This document shows, piece after piece, positions 1 through 10,685 of a DNA stretch of 64,000 nt. The notes beneath the pieces were generated by a model that ran no database searches, was not told where the DNA came from, and saw nothing but the letters and a program-made list of their open reading frames with translations. The position numbers and the translations under genes are program-made. The stretch lies in the NCBI GenBank assembly GCA_963748815.1, contig CAVVKJ010000005.1, forward strand, positions 384,001 to 448,000, written 5' to 3'. The stretch's first letter is position 1; each line of letters starts with the position of its first letter. The stretch comes from an uncultured Gemmatimonadales bacterium (GTDB lineage: Bacteria; Gemmatimonadota; Gemmatimonadetes; Gemmatimonadales; GWC2-71-9).

Positions 1-1
1 C

Positions 2-1225
2 CTGCCGCATCTCGAGAAGGGCGACACGCCGACGTGTGAGTCGGTGGAACCGGTTCGCCACGAGACGCAGCCGCCGGCCCGCTATACCGAAGCGACCCTG
101 GTGAAGGCGCTCGAGGCCGACGGCGTCGGCCGGCCGAGCACCTATGCCTCCATCATCGGGACGATCCTGGAGCGGAACTATGCCGTGCGACAGGGTCAGG
201 CGCTGGTGCCGACCTTCACCGCCTTTGCGGTCACGGGGATTCTCGAGGAGCACTTTCCGCACCTCGTGGACGAGAAGTTCACCGCCGGCATGGAAGATGT
301 GCTCGACGAAATTTCCGAGGGGAAGGCGGAGTGGCTGCCGTATCTTCGCCAGTTCTACCTCGGTCCCGACGGGCTCCGGCAGCAGGTGCTCCTCCACGAG
401 AAGCAGATCGATCCGACCGAAGCGCGTACTCTGCTGCTTGACGGACTCGACGCCAAGATCAAGATCGGGAAGTTTGGCCCGTACGTGGAGACCGGCCCGA
501 AGGGCGAGGAGCTCCGGGCCTCGCTGCCGAAGGACGTCGCCCCCGCTGACCTCGACCAGGCGCAGGTGGAGGAGATCCTGCGCCAGAAGGCCGAGGGTCC
601 CGACTCGCTCGGCATTCATCCCGAGACCGGCCAGAAGATCTTCCTGCTCTCCGGGCAGTACGGTCCGTACCTCCAGCTCGGCGAGGTGGTGGACGGGGAG
701 CCGAAGCCGAAGCGGGCAAGCCTCCCGAAGGGCGTCACGCCCGACCAGGTCACGATGCAGCAGGCGCTGGGGCTCCTGGCGTTGCCCAGACTGCTCGGCA
801 AGCACCCCGTGTCGGAGCGCTCGGTCCACGCCGGCCTCGGCCGGTTCGGCCCGTACGTGGTGCACGACCTCGGGAAGGACGGCAAGGAGTACCGGTCCAT
901 CAAGGGTGAGGACAGCGTCCTCACCATCACGCTCCCTCGAGCGCTCGAGCTCCTCGCGCAGCCGAAGCAGGGGCGGGGCCGCCGCGCTGCGCCGACCCCG
1001 ATTCGCATCCTCGGGCGGCACCCTGACGACGAGCAGCCGATCGGCCTCTACGACGGCCAGTACGGTCCCTACGTGAAGCACGACGACATCAGCGCCTCGC
1101 TGCCGCGGGGCAGCGATCCTGCCGCGTTCACCGCCGCCGAGGCGATCGAGCTGCTGGCTGCCAAGCGCGCGTCGGGCCCGCGGAAGAAGGGCGGCCGGAC
1201 CAAGAAGAAGGCGTCGTCAAAATGA
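2..1225 (+). CDS. topA: DNA topoisomerase I, C-terminal part (5' truncated by window)
   Basis: PPARYTEATLVKALE..GVGRPSTYASII motif; repeated GxFGPY C-terminal units; basic tail; directly upstream of trmFO. Confidence 0.95.
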   Translation: MPHLEKGDTPTCESVEPVRHETQPPARYTEATLVKALEADGVGRPSTYASIIGTILERNYAVRQGQALVPTFTAFAVTGILEEHFPHLVDEKFTAGMEDVLDEISEGKAEWLPYLRQFYLGPDGLRQQVLLHEKQIDPTEARTLLLDGLDAKIKIGKFGPYVETGPKGEELRASLPKDVAPADLDQAQVEEILRQKAEGPDSLGIHPETGQKIFLLSGQYGPYLQLGEVVDGEPKPKRASLPKGVTPDQVTMQQALGLLALPRLLGKHPVSERSVHAGLGRFGPYVVHDLGKDGKEYRSIKGEDSVLTITLPRALELLAQPKQGRGRRAAPTPIRILGRHPDDEQPIGLYDGQYGPYVKHDDISASLPRGSDPAAFTAAEAIELLAAKRASGPRKKGGRTKKKASSK

Positions 1226-2517
1226 CCGTCACCGTCCTCGGCGGCGGGCTGGCCGGCTCGGAAGCGGCCTGGGCCCTCGCCGAGCGCGGCGTCGCGGTCA
1301 CCCTCGTTGAAATGCGTCCGGTGGTGCGCACCGCCGCCCACCAGACCGACCAGCTCGCCGAACTCGTCTGCAGCAACACCTTCAAGAGCGTCGAAGTCGT
1401 CAACGCGCATGGACTGCTCAAGGCGGAGTTGCGCCTGCTCGGGTCGATGCTGCTCGAGTGCGCCGACGCCGCCCGGGTGCCCGGCGGGAGCGCGCTGGCG
1501 GTCGACCGCGAGGTCTTCGCCGCCGCCGTGCAGGCGCGTATCGAATCCCACCCCCGGATCACGGTCGTGCGCGCCGAGGCGGACGCGCTCCCGGACGCCG
1601 GCATCGTCGCGACGGGTCCGCTCACCTCCGAGAAGCTCGCCGCGGCCATCGCCGGCCGGCTCGGCGCCGAGGCGCTGGCGTTCTACGATGCCATCGCCCC
1701 GATCGTGTCGGCGGACTCGCTCGATCAGGACCGGCTGTATGCCCTGTCCCGATACGGGAAGGGCGCGGGCGACGACTACCTCAATGCGCCGATGACGCGC
1801 GACGAGTACGAGGCGTTCATTGACGCCCTCCTCGTCGCGGATCAGTTCACCGCCCACGAGTTCGACCAGGTGCCGTATTTCGAGGGGTGCATGCCGGTCG
1901 AGGAGGCGGCGCGCCGCGGGCGCGAGACGCTCCGCTTCGGACCGATGAAGCCGGTCGGGCTGCCCGATCCGCGCACCGGCCACGAGCCCCACGCCGTGGT
2001 GCAGCTCCGGCAAGAGGACCGCGCGGGTCAGATGTGGAACCTGGTCGGCTTCCAGACCCGGCTCCGCATCCCCGAGCAGCGGAAGGTGTTCACGACCATT
2101 CCCGGACTGGGTGACGCCGAGTTCCTTCGGTTCGGGAGCATCCACCGGAACAGCTACCTGAACAGCCCCGCCACGCTGGGAACGGGCCTCACCGCGCGCG
2201 ACAACGACCGGCTCTTCTTCGCGGGGCAGCTGACCGGGGTCGAGGGCTACACCGAGTCGCTCGGCACCGGGCTGTTGGCGGGGATCAACCTGGCACGGCG
2301 GCTCGAGGGGAAGCCGGCGGTGGTCCCGCCGCCCACCACGATGCTGGGAGGCCTCTACCGGTACCTGGCGGAGGCCGACCCGGCGCACTTCCAGCCGATG
2401 AACGCCAACTTCGGCCTGGTGGACCCGTTGCCGGGCAAGGTGAAGAAGCAGGACCGCAAGCCGAAGCAGGCCGAACGCGCGTTGGAAGCGATGGCCGTGT
2501 GGAGGTCGAGTCTCTGA
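1222..2517 (+). CDS. trmFO: FADH2-oxidizing tRNA (uracil-5)-methyltransferase
   Basis: GGGLAGSEAA, ELVCSN, FAGQLTGVEGY and FQPMNANFG motifs. Confidence 0.96.
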   Translation: MTVTVLGGGLAGSEAAWALAERGVAVTLVEMRPVVRTAAHQTDQLAELVCSNTFKSVEVVNAHGLLKAELRLLGSMLLECADAARVPGGSALAVDREVFAAAVQARIESHPRITVVRAEADALPDAGIVATGPLTSEKLAAAIAGRLGAEALAFYDAIAPIVSADSLDQDRLYALSRYGKGAGDDYLNAPMTRDEYEAFIDALLVADQFTAHEFDQVPYFEGCMPVEEAARRGRETLRFGPMKPVGLPDPRTGHEPHAVVQLRQEDRAGQMWNLVGFQTRLRIPEQRKVFTTIPGLGDAEFLRFGSIHRNSYLNSPATLGTGLTARDNDRLFFAGQLTGVEGYTESLGTGLLAGINLARRLEGKPAVVPPPTTMLGGLYRYLAEADPAHFQPMNANFGLVDPLPGKVKKQDRKPKQAERALEAMAVWRSSL

Positions 2518-3457
2518 TGCCTGACACCTCCCCGCTTCCCCGCTTCCCCGCTGACCCGCTGCTCCGCGAGTATCTCGAGCATCTCGAGAAGGAAACCCAA
2601 CACTCCCCGCACACCGTTTCCGCCTACGCCCGCGACCTCGGCGCCTTCGAGGAGTTCTGCGGCCGGCACTACGGTCGCGCCGGCGAGTGGGCCGCGGTGG
2701 ACCGGCTGGGCTTTCGCGGGTTTCTGGGCGAGCTGCAGCGACGCGGACTCTCCAAGCGGACGGCGGCGCGCGCCCTCTCGGCGGTGCGGAGCTTCTACCG
2801 GTACCTGCAGACCCAGCATGGCATCAGCGCGGCGGTGTCCCGGTCGGCCAAGGTGCCACGGCTCCCGAAACGGCTGCCGGGGCACCTGGAGCGGGGGCAG
2901 GTGGACGAACTGTTCGCCGCGCTCGAAGCGCGCGCGGCGGGGGACGACTTCGCCCCGCTGCGCGACCTGGCGATCCTGGAGCTCTTCTATTCGACGGGGA
3001 TGCGGCTCTCGGAGCTCCAGGGCCTCGACACCGGGCGCCATGGAGCTGCTCTCGGACCAGGTGAAGGTCCGCGGCAAGGGCCGGAAGGAGCGGATCATCC
3101 CCGTGGGTGATCGGGCGGTCCGGGCGCTCCGGCGCTATCTTCCCGTCCGCGAGGCCCTGGCCTCGCCCACGGCCGCCGATCGCCGCGCCCTGTTCGTGAG
3201 CACCCGCGGGAGGCGCCTGGCGGCGCGCAGCGTCCAGCGGATCGTGCACAAGGCGTTTGACAGCATCGGGGTGGACGGCTTGCGGACCCACTCGCTCCGC
3301 CACAGCTTCGCCACGCATCTGCTGGATGCCGGCGCGGACCTGCAGGGCGGTGCAGGAGATGCTCGGCCACGCGTCTCTGAGTACCACGCAGGTGTACACC
3401 CACACCAGCGTGGAGCGGTTGAAGAAGGTTTACCAGCAGGCACATCCGCGAGCGTGA
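2517..3457 (+). CDS. xerC: tyrosine recombinase XerC (two apparent frameshifts near 3035 and 3345)
   Basis: [41 protein letters not shown] and [18 protein letters not shown] spread over shifting frames; trmFO-xerC-hslVU context. Confidence 0.9.
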
Positions 3458-3459
3458 GC

Positions 3460-4002
3460 ATGACGACATTTCACGGCACGACCATCCTCACCGTCCGCAA
3501 GAACGGCCGCGTCGCGCTGGGCGGCGACGGGCAGGTGAGCGTCGGCGACACGGTCATGAAGGGCAAGGCCACCAAGGTCCGGACCCTCAAGGGCGGGAAG
3601 ATCCTGGCCGGCTTCGCCGGTTCGGTGGCCGATGCGCTGACGCTCTACGAAAAGTTCGAGGAGAAGCTCGAGCGCCATCCCGGCAACATGCCGCGCGCGG
3701 CCGTCGAACTCGCCAAGGACTGGCGGAGCGACCGGGTGCTTCGCCGGCTCGAGGCGCTCCTTGTGGTAGCCAATCTCGAGTACAGCTTCCTGTTGAGCGG
3801 CAGCGGCGAACTCATCGAGCCGGATGACGGCATCCTGGCGGTCGGCTCCGGCGGCAACTACGCCCTGGCCGCCGCGCGCGCGCTGTTGCCCGATGCGTCG
3901 CTGAGCGCGAAGGACACCGTGGAGCGTTCGCTGCGGGTCGCCGCGGAAATCTGTGTCTTCACCAACGATCACCTGACCGTCCTCGAGTTGGGCCCCTCGT
4001 GA
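3460..4002 (+). CDS. hslV: ATP-dependent protease subunit HslV
   Basis: HGTTIL N-terminal Thr nucleophile; GDGQV, AGFAG and GSGGNYA motifs. Confidence 0.96.
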   Translation: MTTFHGTTILTVRKNGRVALGGDGQVSVGDTVMKGKATKVRTLKGGKILAGFAGSVADALTLYEKFEEKLERHPGNMPRAAVELAKDWRSDRVLRRLEALLVVANLEYSFLLSGSGELIEPDDGILAVGSGGNYALAAARALLPDASLSAKDTVERSLRVAAEICVFTNDHLTVLELGPS

Positions 4003-5458
4003 CCACCCCGCCCGTCGACCCGAAGCACCCGCTCGCGCCCGTCGAGCCGCCGCCGCCGTGGCTGGAGGAACTCCCCCCCCGGAAGATCGTGGAGGAATTG
4101 AATCGCTTCATCGTCGGGCAGGACGCCGCGAAGAAGGCGGTGGCCATCGCCATCCGGAACCGGTGGCGCCGGAGCCAGGCCCCCGACGGCATCCGGGATG
4201 AAATCACCCCGTACAACATCATCATGATCGGTCCCACCGGCGTCGGAAAGACCGAGGTCGCCCGCCGCCTGGCGCGACTGGCCGGGGCACCGTTCGTGAA
4301 GGTGGAGGCGTCGAAGTTCACCGAGGTGGGGTACGTGGGTCGCGACGCCGAATCGATGGTGCGCGAGCTGGTGGACGCCGCCATCTCGATGGTGCGCACC
4401 GAGCGCGAGGACGAGGTCTGGCCCCAGGCGGAGCAGCGGGCCGACGAGCGGCTGCTGGACATCCTCCTCCCGCCGCCCGACCCGAAGCCGGCGCCGCGGC
4501 CCCGGAAAAGGTGTTCGTGGTCGGGCCGGGGGGAGCCACCCAGCCGGAGTCGGTGGACGCGGAGGCCAGCCGGCAGCGTTCCCGCGAGAAGCTCCGGCAG
4601 ATGCTGCTCGACGGCAAGCTCGATGACCGCGAGGTGGACCTCGAGATTTCGCCGCAGAACTACCCGATGCTCGACCTCCTCCAGCAGCCGACCGGGATGG
4701 AGGGATCGGAGATCAATTTCGTCGAGATGCTGCAGGACATGATGCCGAAGAAGAAGAAGCGCCGGACGGTGCGGGTGCCCGACGCGCGGCGCATCCTGAT
4801 CGACGAAGAGCTGAAGAAGATGGTGGACATGGACGATGTGGTGAACGAGGCGCTCGACCGCACCGAGAACCACGGCATCCTCTTCATCGACGAGATCGAC
4901 AAGATCGCCGGGGAGCGCTCGCAGGGCGGGGGACCGGACGTGAGCCGGGAAGGGGTCCAGCGGGACCTGCTGCCGATCGTCGAGGGCTCCACGGTCCAGA
5001 CGCGCTATGGCTACGTGCGGACCGACCACATCCTGTTCATCGCGGCCGGCGCGTTCCACGTCTCCAAGCCGTCGGACCTGATCCCGGAATTCCAGGGCCG
5101 GTTCCCGATCCGGGTGGAGCTCACGCCGCTGACCGAGGCCGATTTCGTCCGGATCATGACGGAGCCGGAGAACGCCATCGTCAAGCAGTACCAGGCGCTG
5201 GTGGCCGCCGAATCGGCCACCCTCGAGTTCACCGACGATGGTATCGCCGAGGTGGCGCGGATCGCCGCGCTGGCCAACGGGAAAATGGAGAATATCGGCG
5301 CCCGCCGGCTCCACACCGTCATGGCCACCCTGATGGAAGACCTGCTCTTCGACCTCCCCGAGACGACCGAGAAGCGCTTCGTGTACGACGGCGCCACGGT
5401 GCGGGACCGGCTGATGGCCATCGTCACGGACGACGATCTGCGCCGGTATATCCTGTAA
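3999..5458 (+). CDS. hslU: ATP-dependent protease ATPase subunit HslU (frameshift near 4505)
   Basis: [39 protein letters not shown] and ENIGARRL across two ORFs. Confidence 0.95.
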
Positions 5459-5508
5459 GCTCACCTCTGGACTGATGTTTCAGGGGGCATAGATTGCCCT
5501 CTTAGATC

Positions 5509-7943
5509 ATGAATCTCCTCACATCCCTGCAGGGTCCCCTGGCCGGACGGTACCGGCTCGAGCGCGAGCTCGGGCGCGGCGGCATGGCCATCGTGTTCCT
5601 CGCCGAAGACCTCAAGCACCACCGCCAGGTAGCCATCAAGGTGCTCCGGCCGGAACTCGCCGCCTCGGTCGGCCACGATCGGTTTCTCCGGGAAATCACC
5701 CTCGCCGCCGGGCTGCAGCATCCGCATATCCTCCCGCTCCACGACAGCGGCGCCATCGAGGGCGATGGGGAGACGCTGCTCTTCTACGTGATGCCCTTTG
5801 TTCAGGGCCAGTCGCTGCGGCAGCGGCTGGATGAACAGGAGCGGCTTCCCCTTGACGAAGCCCTCGCGATCGCCCGGGAGGTGCTGAGCGCCCTCGAGTG
5901 CGCGCACACGGCCGGGGTTGTTCACCGCGACATCAAGCCCGAGAACATTCTCCTGTCCGGTGGTCACGCCCTCGTCGCCGACTTCGGCATCGCGGTCGCC
6001 GCGCAATCGACCCCCGGAGACTCACGGCTCACCGACGTCGGCTCGGTCGTCGGGACCCCTGCCTACATGAGCCCTGAGCAGGCTGCCGGCGAGCGCGACA
6101 TCGACGCCCGCAGCGACCTTTATGCCTTCGGATGCGTCCTCTTCGAAATGCTCGCGGGCACGCCGCCGTTCACGGGGCACTCCCCCCAGGCGATCATGGT
6201 CAAGCGGTTGACCGAGGATGCGCCCTCGGTGCGGCGGCTGCGCGAGGATGTGCCCGACGAGGTCAACGCGGCGCTCCAGCGGGTGCTCTCGCGCGGGCCG
6301 GCCGATCGCTTCCCCACGGCGGCCGCTTTCGCGGCGGCGTTGCAGCCCGGGCACGTGGGCGGGGCGACACCGGTGCCAGGGCCGGGGGGCCGGCCGCGCA
6401 GCCGGACGGTGCTCCCCGTCATCGGGCTCGTGGCCGTCGTGGTCTTCGGAATCCTGTGGTTTCTCCGGGCGCCCGCACCGCCGGCATCCGGGTGGCGGCT
6501 GGCGCTGACCGACCTGACGGTGGCGAGCCCGGACGCCTCGACGAACTATCTCCGCAGCGGCATTCCGGAATACCTTGTCGCGGAGCTCCATCGGCTGCCT
6601 GGTCTCGACGTGATCCCGATGAGCCTCTCTCGGCGAGACTCGGCCGTTACTTCGCCTGTGGAGCTTGGCCGAAAGCTGGGCGCCACGGCGGTGCTCACCG
6701 GTACGCTCGCACATTTTGGCGGCGCGCTGACCATCAACGCCGAACTGGTCCGGGTGTCCGACAGCGAATTGCTATGGACCGGGCACTTCGAGTATCCCGA
6801 CACCGACTACGCCGGCGTGATCCCCGCCGTCGTGGCCGGCATCGCGGACTCCCTGCAACTGCAGCTGAGCGGGGGCGCCCGCCGCGACGCGATCGAACGA
6901 TCCACGGTCAATCCCGTCGTGCTGGACCTGCTGCTGCGCGCCGGTCACCGGTGGATGCAGGGCATCGCCGGCGCCAGCGGCGACTCGGCCACCGTCGATT
7001 CGGCCCGGGTCCTCTACGCGAGGGTGCTCGAGCGCTCGCCGCGAAACCCGCGGGCCATCGCCGGATTGGGGAACTACTACTACATCTCCTACATCCGGGG
7101 GTGGGGCGTGCCCGGGGGCCTCTCGGCGGACGAGGTGCACGCCCGCGCCGACTCGCTGACCGACCTCGTCCTGTCGCTCGACAGCACGGTCATCATCTCC
7201 TACAATCCGGTCGTGGTCTCCCGGCTCTACCTGGATGACGACTTCGACGGTGCCGGCAAGGCCGTCGACAAGATGCTCGCACTGGATTCCGGGTACGCGG
7301 AGGCCTACCGGTACCGCGGAATCATCCGTCAGGAGCTCCTCGGCGACCTGCAGGGGGGCATCGCGGACTTTGAGCACTCGGTCGACCTGGAACCCAGCGT
7401 GCAGCGTCTCAACAGCCTCGCAGCGGCGCTGATGGCCGCTCGGCGGTATCAGGAAGCGGCGGCGGTCCTCGAGCGCTCGATGATGTCCCGCCCGAGTGCT
7501 GGCGCGATGTCTCGCCTTGTCACTGTCTACGACAAGCTCGGGCGGCCCGCCGACGCTATCCGCGTCCGGCGACTCATGGATTCGACGGGTGCATCCGCCG
7601 CGCCCTACGAGGTCGCACTCGCTGCTCGGGACACCGCGGGCTATACGCGCGCCCACCGGGCAGAGCTCCGCCACGTCGGCGGACTCGCTGATCGCCCGGC
7701 TGGATCGAGGCCGATGTCGTTCCCGCGGAGCGATTCAACGTGGCGGAGCTCCGGATCGGTGCGCTCCTCTGCGAGCTGGGCGACTCGAAGAAGGCCATGG
7801 ACCTCGTCGAGAGCCTCTACCGGATCCGCCCCAAGCGCTTGCGTTGGATCGTCACCAATGTGGACCTCGGCTGCCTCCGCGATGACCCGCGGTACCTCCC
7901 CATGGTCACGGCTGCCGGCCTGGAGCGCTACCTGCGGAACTGA
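5509..7943 (+). CDS. Hanks-type Ser/Thr kinase with TM segment, TolB-N-like and TPR-like C-terminus (frameshift near 7680)
   Basis: LGRGGMA, VAIK, HRDIKPEN, DFG and GTPAYMSPEQ motifs; C-terminus LRDDPRY in ORF 7740..7943; the ORF-track fusion to argF is an artefact. Confidence 0.88.
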
Positions 7944-8040
7944 CGAGCCGGAGCATCGCCAGCTTGCCCCACCCCTCCCATTCGGGCTAAACTCCGTCCT
8001 GCCAATTTGGCTGTTTTCTCCTCCAGATTCCGGTTGGTCC

Positions 8041-8940
8041 ATGTCCAAGCGCGACTTCCTCTGCATCCCGGATTTCACCGCGGCCGAGCTGCTGTCCCTC
8101 CTGGACCTGGCGGCCCGAATGAAGTCCGGCGCGTATCAGGAGCGCCCGCTGACCGGCAAGACGCTGGCGATGATCTTCGCCAAGAGCTCGACCCGGACCC
8201 GCGTCTCCTTCGAGGTCGGTACCCTCCAGCTCGGGGGCCACGCGCTCTTCCTCTCGTCGCGCGACATCCAGCTGGGCCGGGGCGAGCCGATCCGGGACAC
8301 GGCACGCGTGCTCTCGCGGATGGTGGACGGCATCATGATCCGCACCTTCGCGCATGCGGATGTGGAGGAGCTGGCCCGGTTCGCCTCCGTGCCGGTCATC
8401 AACGGACTGACCGACCTGCTCCACCCCTGCCAGATCCTCGCCGACCTCCTGACCACCCTCGAGGCGTTCGGCACGCTCAAGGGGAAGACGGTGGCGTGGA
8501 TCGGCGACGGCAACAACATGTGCAACAGCTGGCTCCACGCCGCCGGAATCCTGGGTTTCGAGCTGCGCGTCGCCTGTCCCGAGGGCTACGAACCGGACCG
8601 CGCCATCTTCCAGCGGAACGCGACGTTGACCAAGCTGCTGGTGACGGTCGATCCCGACGAGGCGGCGGCGGGGGCGCACGTCGTCACGACCGACGTCTGG
8701 GCGTCCATGGGCCAGGAAAGCGAGGCGGCCCAGCGGGCGCAGGCGTTCAAGGGATATCTGGTGGACGAGGCGCTGATGCAGCGCGCCGACCCGGGCGCGA
8801 TCTTCCTGCACTGCCTCCCCGCGCACCGCGGGGAAGAGGTGACCGAGTCCGTGCTCGAAGGCCCGCAGTCGCGGGTGTGGGACGAGGCGGAGAACCGCCT
8901 CCACGTGCAGAAGGCCCTGATGGCGACGTTGATGGGGTAG
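8041..8940 (+). CDS. argF: ornithine carbamoyltransferase
   Basis: STRTRVSFE, HPCQ, DVWASMG and FLHCLP motifs. Confidence 0.96.
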   Translation: MSKRDFLCIPDFTAAELLSLLDLAARMKSGAYQERPLTGKTLAMIFAKSSTRTRVSFEVGTLQLGGHALFLSSRDIQLGRGEPIRDTARVLSRMVDGIMIRTFAHADVEELARFASVPVINGLTDLLHPCQILADLLTTLEAFGTLKGKTVAWIGDGNNMCNSWLHAAGILGFELRVACPEGYEPDRAIFQRNATLTKLLVTVDPDEAAAGAHVVTTDVWASMGQESEAAQRAQAFKGYLVDEALMQRADPGAIFLHCLPAHRGEEVTESVLEGPQSRVWDEAENRLHVQKALMATLMG

Positions 8941-8962
8941 GAGCCGTTACTCAACGCAGTTT

Positions 8963-9005
8963 TGTTGTTGCGAGGAGGCCCCGGTTGGGCCGACTAAGCA
9001 CTCTT
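8963..9005 (+). repeat. degenerate GTCATTGCGAG..GACGAAGCAATC-type palindromic repeat half
   Basis: TGTTGTTGCGAGGAGGCCCCGGTTGGGCCGACTAAGCACTCT with internal GGCC/GGCC hairpin; resemblance judged from memory. Confidence 0.4.
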
Positions 9006-9028
9006 GATTCTTCAACACTGGTCAGACC

Positions 9029-10138
9029 ATGAACGCACCACTCAAGCGCACCCCCCTCTACGACATCCACGTCGCCCTCGGCGCCAAGATGGTGCCGTTT
9101 GCCGGCTGGGAAATGCCGGTCCAGTATCCGCTCGGCATCCAGGCGGAGCACAAGGCCACCCGCACCGGGGCCGGGCTGTTCGACGTCTCCCACATGGGGG
9201 AATTCGAGGTGACCGGCCCGGACCGGAACGCCTTCGTCAACCGGCTCTGCTGTAACGACGTGGGCGTCCTCGCCGCGGGCGACGTGCAGTACTCGGCGCT
9301 CCTGACGCAGGAGGGCACCTTCGTCGACGACTGCACCGTGTATCGCTTCGAGGACAAGGTGATGCTCGTCGTGAACGCCGCGAACATCGACAAGGACTGG
9401 GCCCACGTGGTGGCGCAGAAGGGCGGAGCCAACGTCCGGCTCAAGAACATCTCGGACGACGTCGGGCTCCTCGCGCTCCAGGGCCCGACCGCCCAGGCGG
9501 TGCTCGCACCCGTCACCGACATCCCCCTCGACGACCTCGGCTACTACAAGTTCACCACCGGCAAGGTGGCGGGGGCGGACTGCTTCGTCAGCCGCACCGG
9601 CTACACCGGCGAGGACGGCTTCGAGATCTACTGCCGCATCCGCGACACCGAGACCATCTGGCGCGCGCTCGAAGGCCCGGGCCGCGCCCAGGCCATCGGA
9701 CTCGGGGCGCGCGACTCGCTGCGCCTCGAGGTGGCCTATCCCCTCTACGGCAACGACATCGACGACACCACCACGCCGCTCGAGGCCGGCCTCGCCTGGA
9801 TCGTGAAGCTCGACAAGGGATGCCCCTTCACCGGCAGCGACGCGCTCCGCGCCCAGAAGGGGCGCGGCGTCACCCGGCGGTTCGTCGGCTTCAAGCTGCT
9901 CGACCGCGGCATCCCGCGGCACGGCTTCCCCGTGTTCTACGACGGGTCGCAGGTGGATATCGTGCGCAGCGGTTGCATGAGCCCGTCGCTGGGAATTGCC
10001 ATCGGCACGACGTACCTGCCGGTGGCGGCGGCCACGCCGGGCACCCGGTTCGAGGTGGAGTCACGGGGCACGCGCATTCCCGCCGAGGTGATCAAGCGGC
10101 CGTTCTATACCGAAGGCACCGCCAGGAAGGCCAAGTAG
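9029..10138 (+). CDS. gcvT: glycine cleavage system aminomethyltransferase T
   Basis: LKRTPL, FAGWEMPVQY, FDVSHMG, SRTGYTGEDGFE and GLGARDSLRLE motifs. Confidence 0.96.
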   Translation: MNAPLKRTPLYDIHVALGAKMVPFAGWEMPVQYPLGIQAEHKATRTGAGLFDVSHMGEFEVTGPDRNAFVNRLCCNDVGVLAAGDVQYSALLTQEGTFVDDCTVYRFEDKVMLVVNAANIDKDWAHVVAQKGGANVRLKNISDDVGLLALQGPTAQAVLAPVTDIPLDDLGYYKFTTGKVAGADCFVSRTGYTGEDGFEIYCRIRDTETIWRALEGPGRAQAIGLGARDSLRLEVAYPLYGNDIDDTTTPLEAGLAWIVKLDKGCPFTGSDALRAQKGRGVTRRFVGFKLLDRGIPRHGFPVFYDGSQVDIVRSGCMSPSLGIAIGTTYLPVAAATPGTRFEVESRGTRIPAEVIKRPFYTEGTARKAK

Positions 10139-10168
10139 GGGCACGCCATGGCGTGCCCCCACTTGGCC
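10129..10168. repeat. GTAG-type REP-like palindrome
   Basis: GGCCAAGT-A-GGGGCACGCC-AT-GGCGTGCCCC-C-ACTTGGCC; near-perfect 40-bp inverted repeat containing GTAG plus a GC stem. Confidence 0.7.
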
Positions 10169-10185
10169 GCCTCGCGATTGTGCGC

Positions 10186-10680
10186 ATGCGCGTAGCCATC
10201 CTGACTATTTCCGATGCCTGCAGTCGCGGCGAACGCGCGGACGGCTCCGGCGAGGCGATCGCCGCCTGGGCCGCGGAGCGCCGCCATGAGGTGGCCGCGC
10301 GGTCCCTCGTGCCTGACGAGACCGGGCCGATTGCGCGCGCCCTCGCCGAGTGGGCCGACGGGGAGGTGGCGGATCTCATCGTGACCACCGGCGGCACTGG
10401 GCTGACGGCGCGCGACGTGACCCCCGAGGCCACCCGTGCGGTGCTCGAACGGGAGGCGCCGGGAATCGCCGAGGCGATTCGGGCGAGCGCCGTGCCGCGG
10501 TTTCCGCGCGCCGCGCTGTCCCGCGGGTTGGCTGGGGTGCGGCGCCGGTCGCTCATCGTCAACCTTCCCGGGAGCCCGGGCGGCGTGCGCGACGGCCTCG
10601 CCGTGCTGGACGGCATCGTGGCGCACGCGATCGACCTGGTCCGCGGCACCGACACCACCCACCCTGTGACGGAGGGCTGA
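10186..10680 (+). CDS. MogA/MoaB family molybdenum cofactor biosynthesis protein
   Basis: ILTISD, TTGGTG..RDVTPEA and NLPGSPGG motifs. Confidence 0.92.
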   Translation: MRVAILTISDACSRGERADGSGEAIAAWAAERRHEVAARSLVPDETGPIARALAEWADGEVADLIVTTGGTGLTARDVTPEATRAVLEREAPGIAEAIRASAVPRFPRAALSRGLAGVRRRSLIVNLPGSPGGVRDGLAVLDGIVAHAIDLVRGTDTTHPVTEG

Positions 10681-10685
10681 CGAGC

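Noticed and set aside
2517..3457. Prophage or island integrase
   Set aside because: It sits in the housekeeping topA-trmFO-xerC-hslVU operon, with no att sites or cargo.
2818..4002. XerC-HslV fusion ORF
   Set aside because: Frameshift artefact. HslV needs its own N-terminal Thr and starts at 3460.
5509..8940. 1143-aa kinase-ornithine carbamoyltransferase fusion
   Set aside because: Created by a frameshift near 7680. The kinase ends at 7943 and argF starts at 8041.
8941..9028. Glycine riboswitch upstream of gcvT
   Set aside because: The spacer is short and lacks the GGAGA/CCGAAG/CUCUGG-type core.
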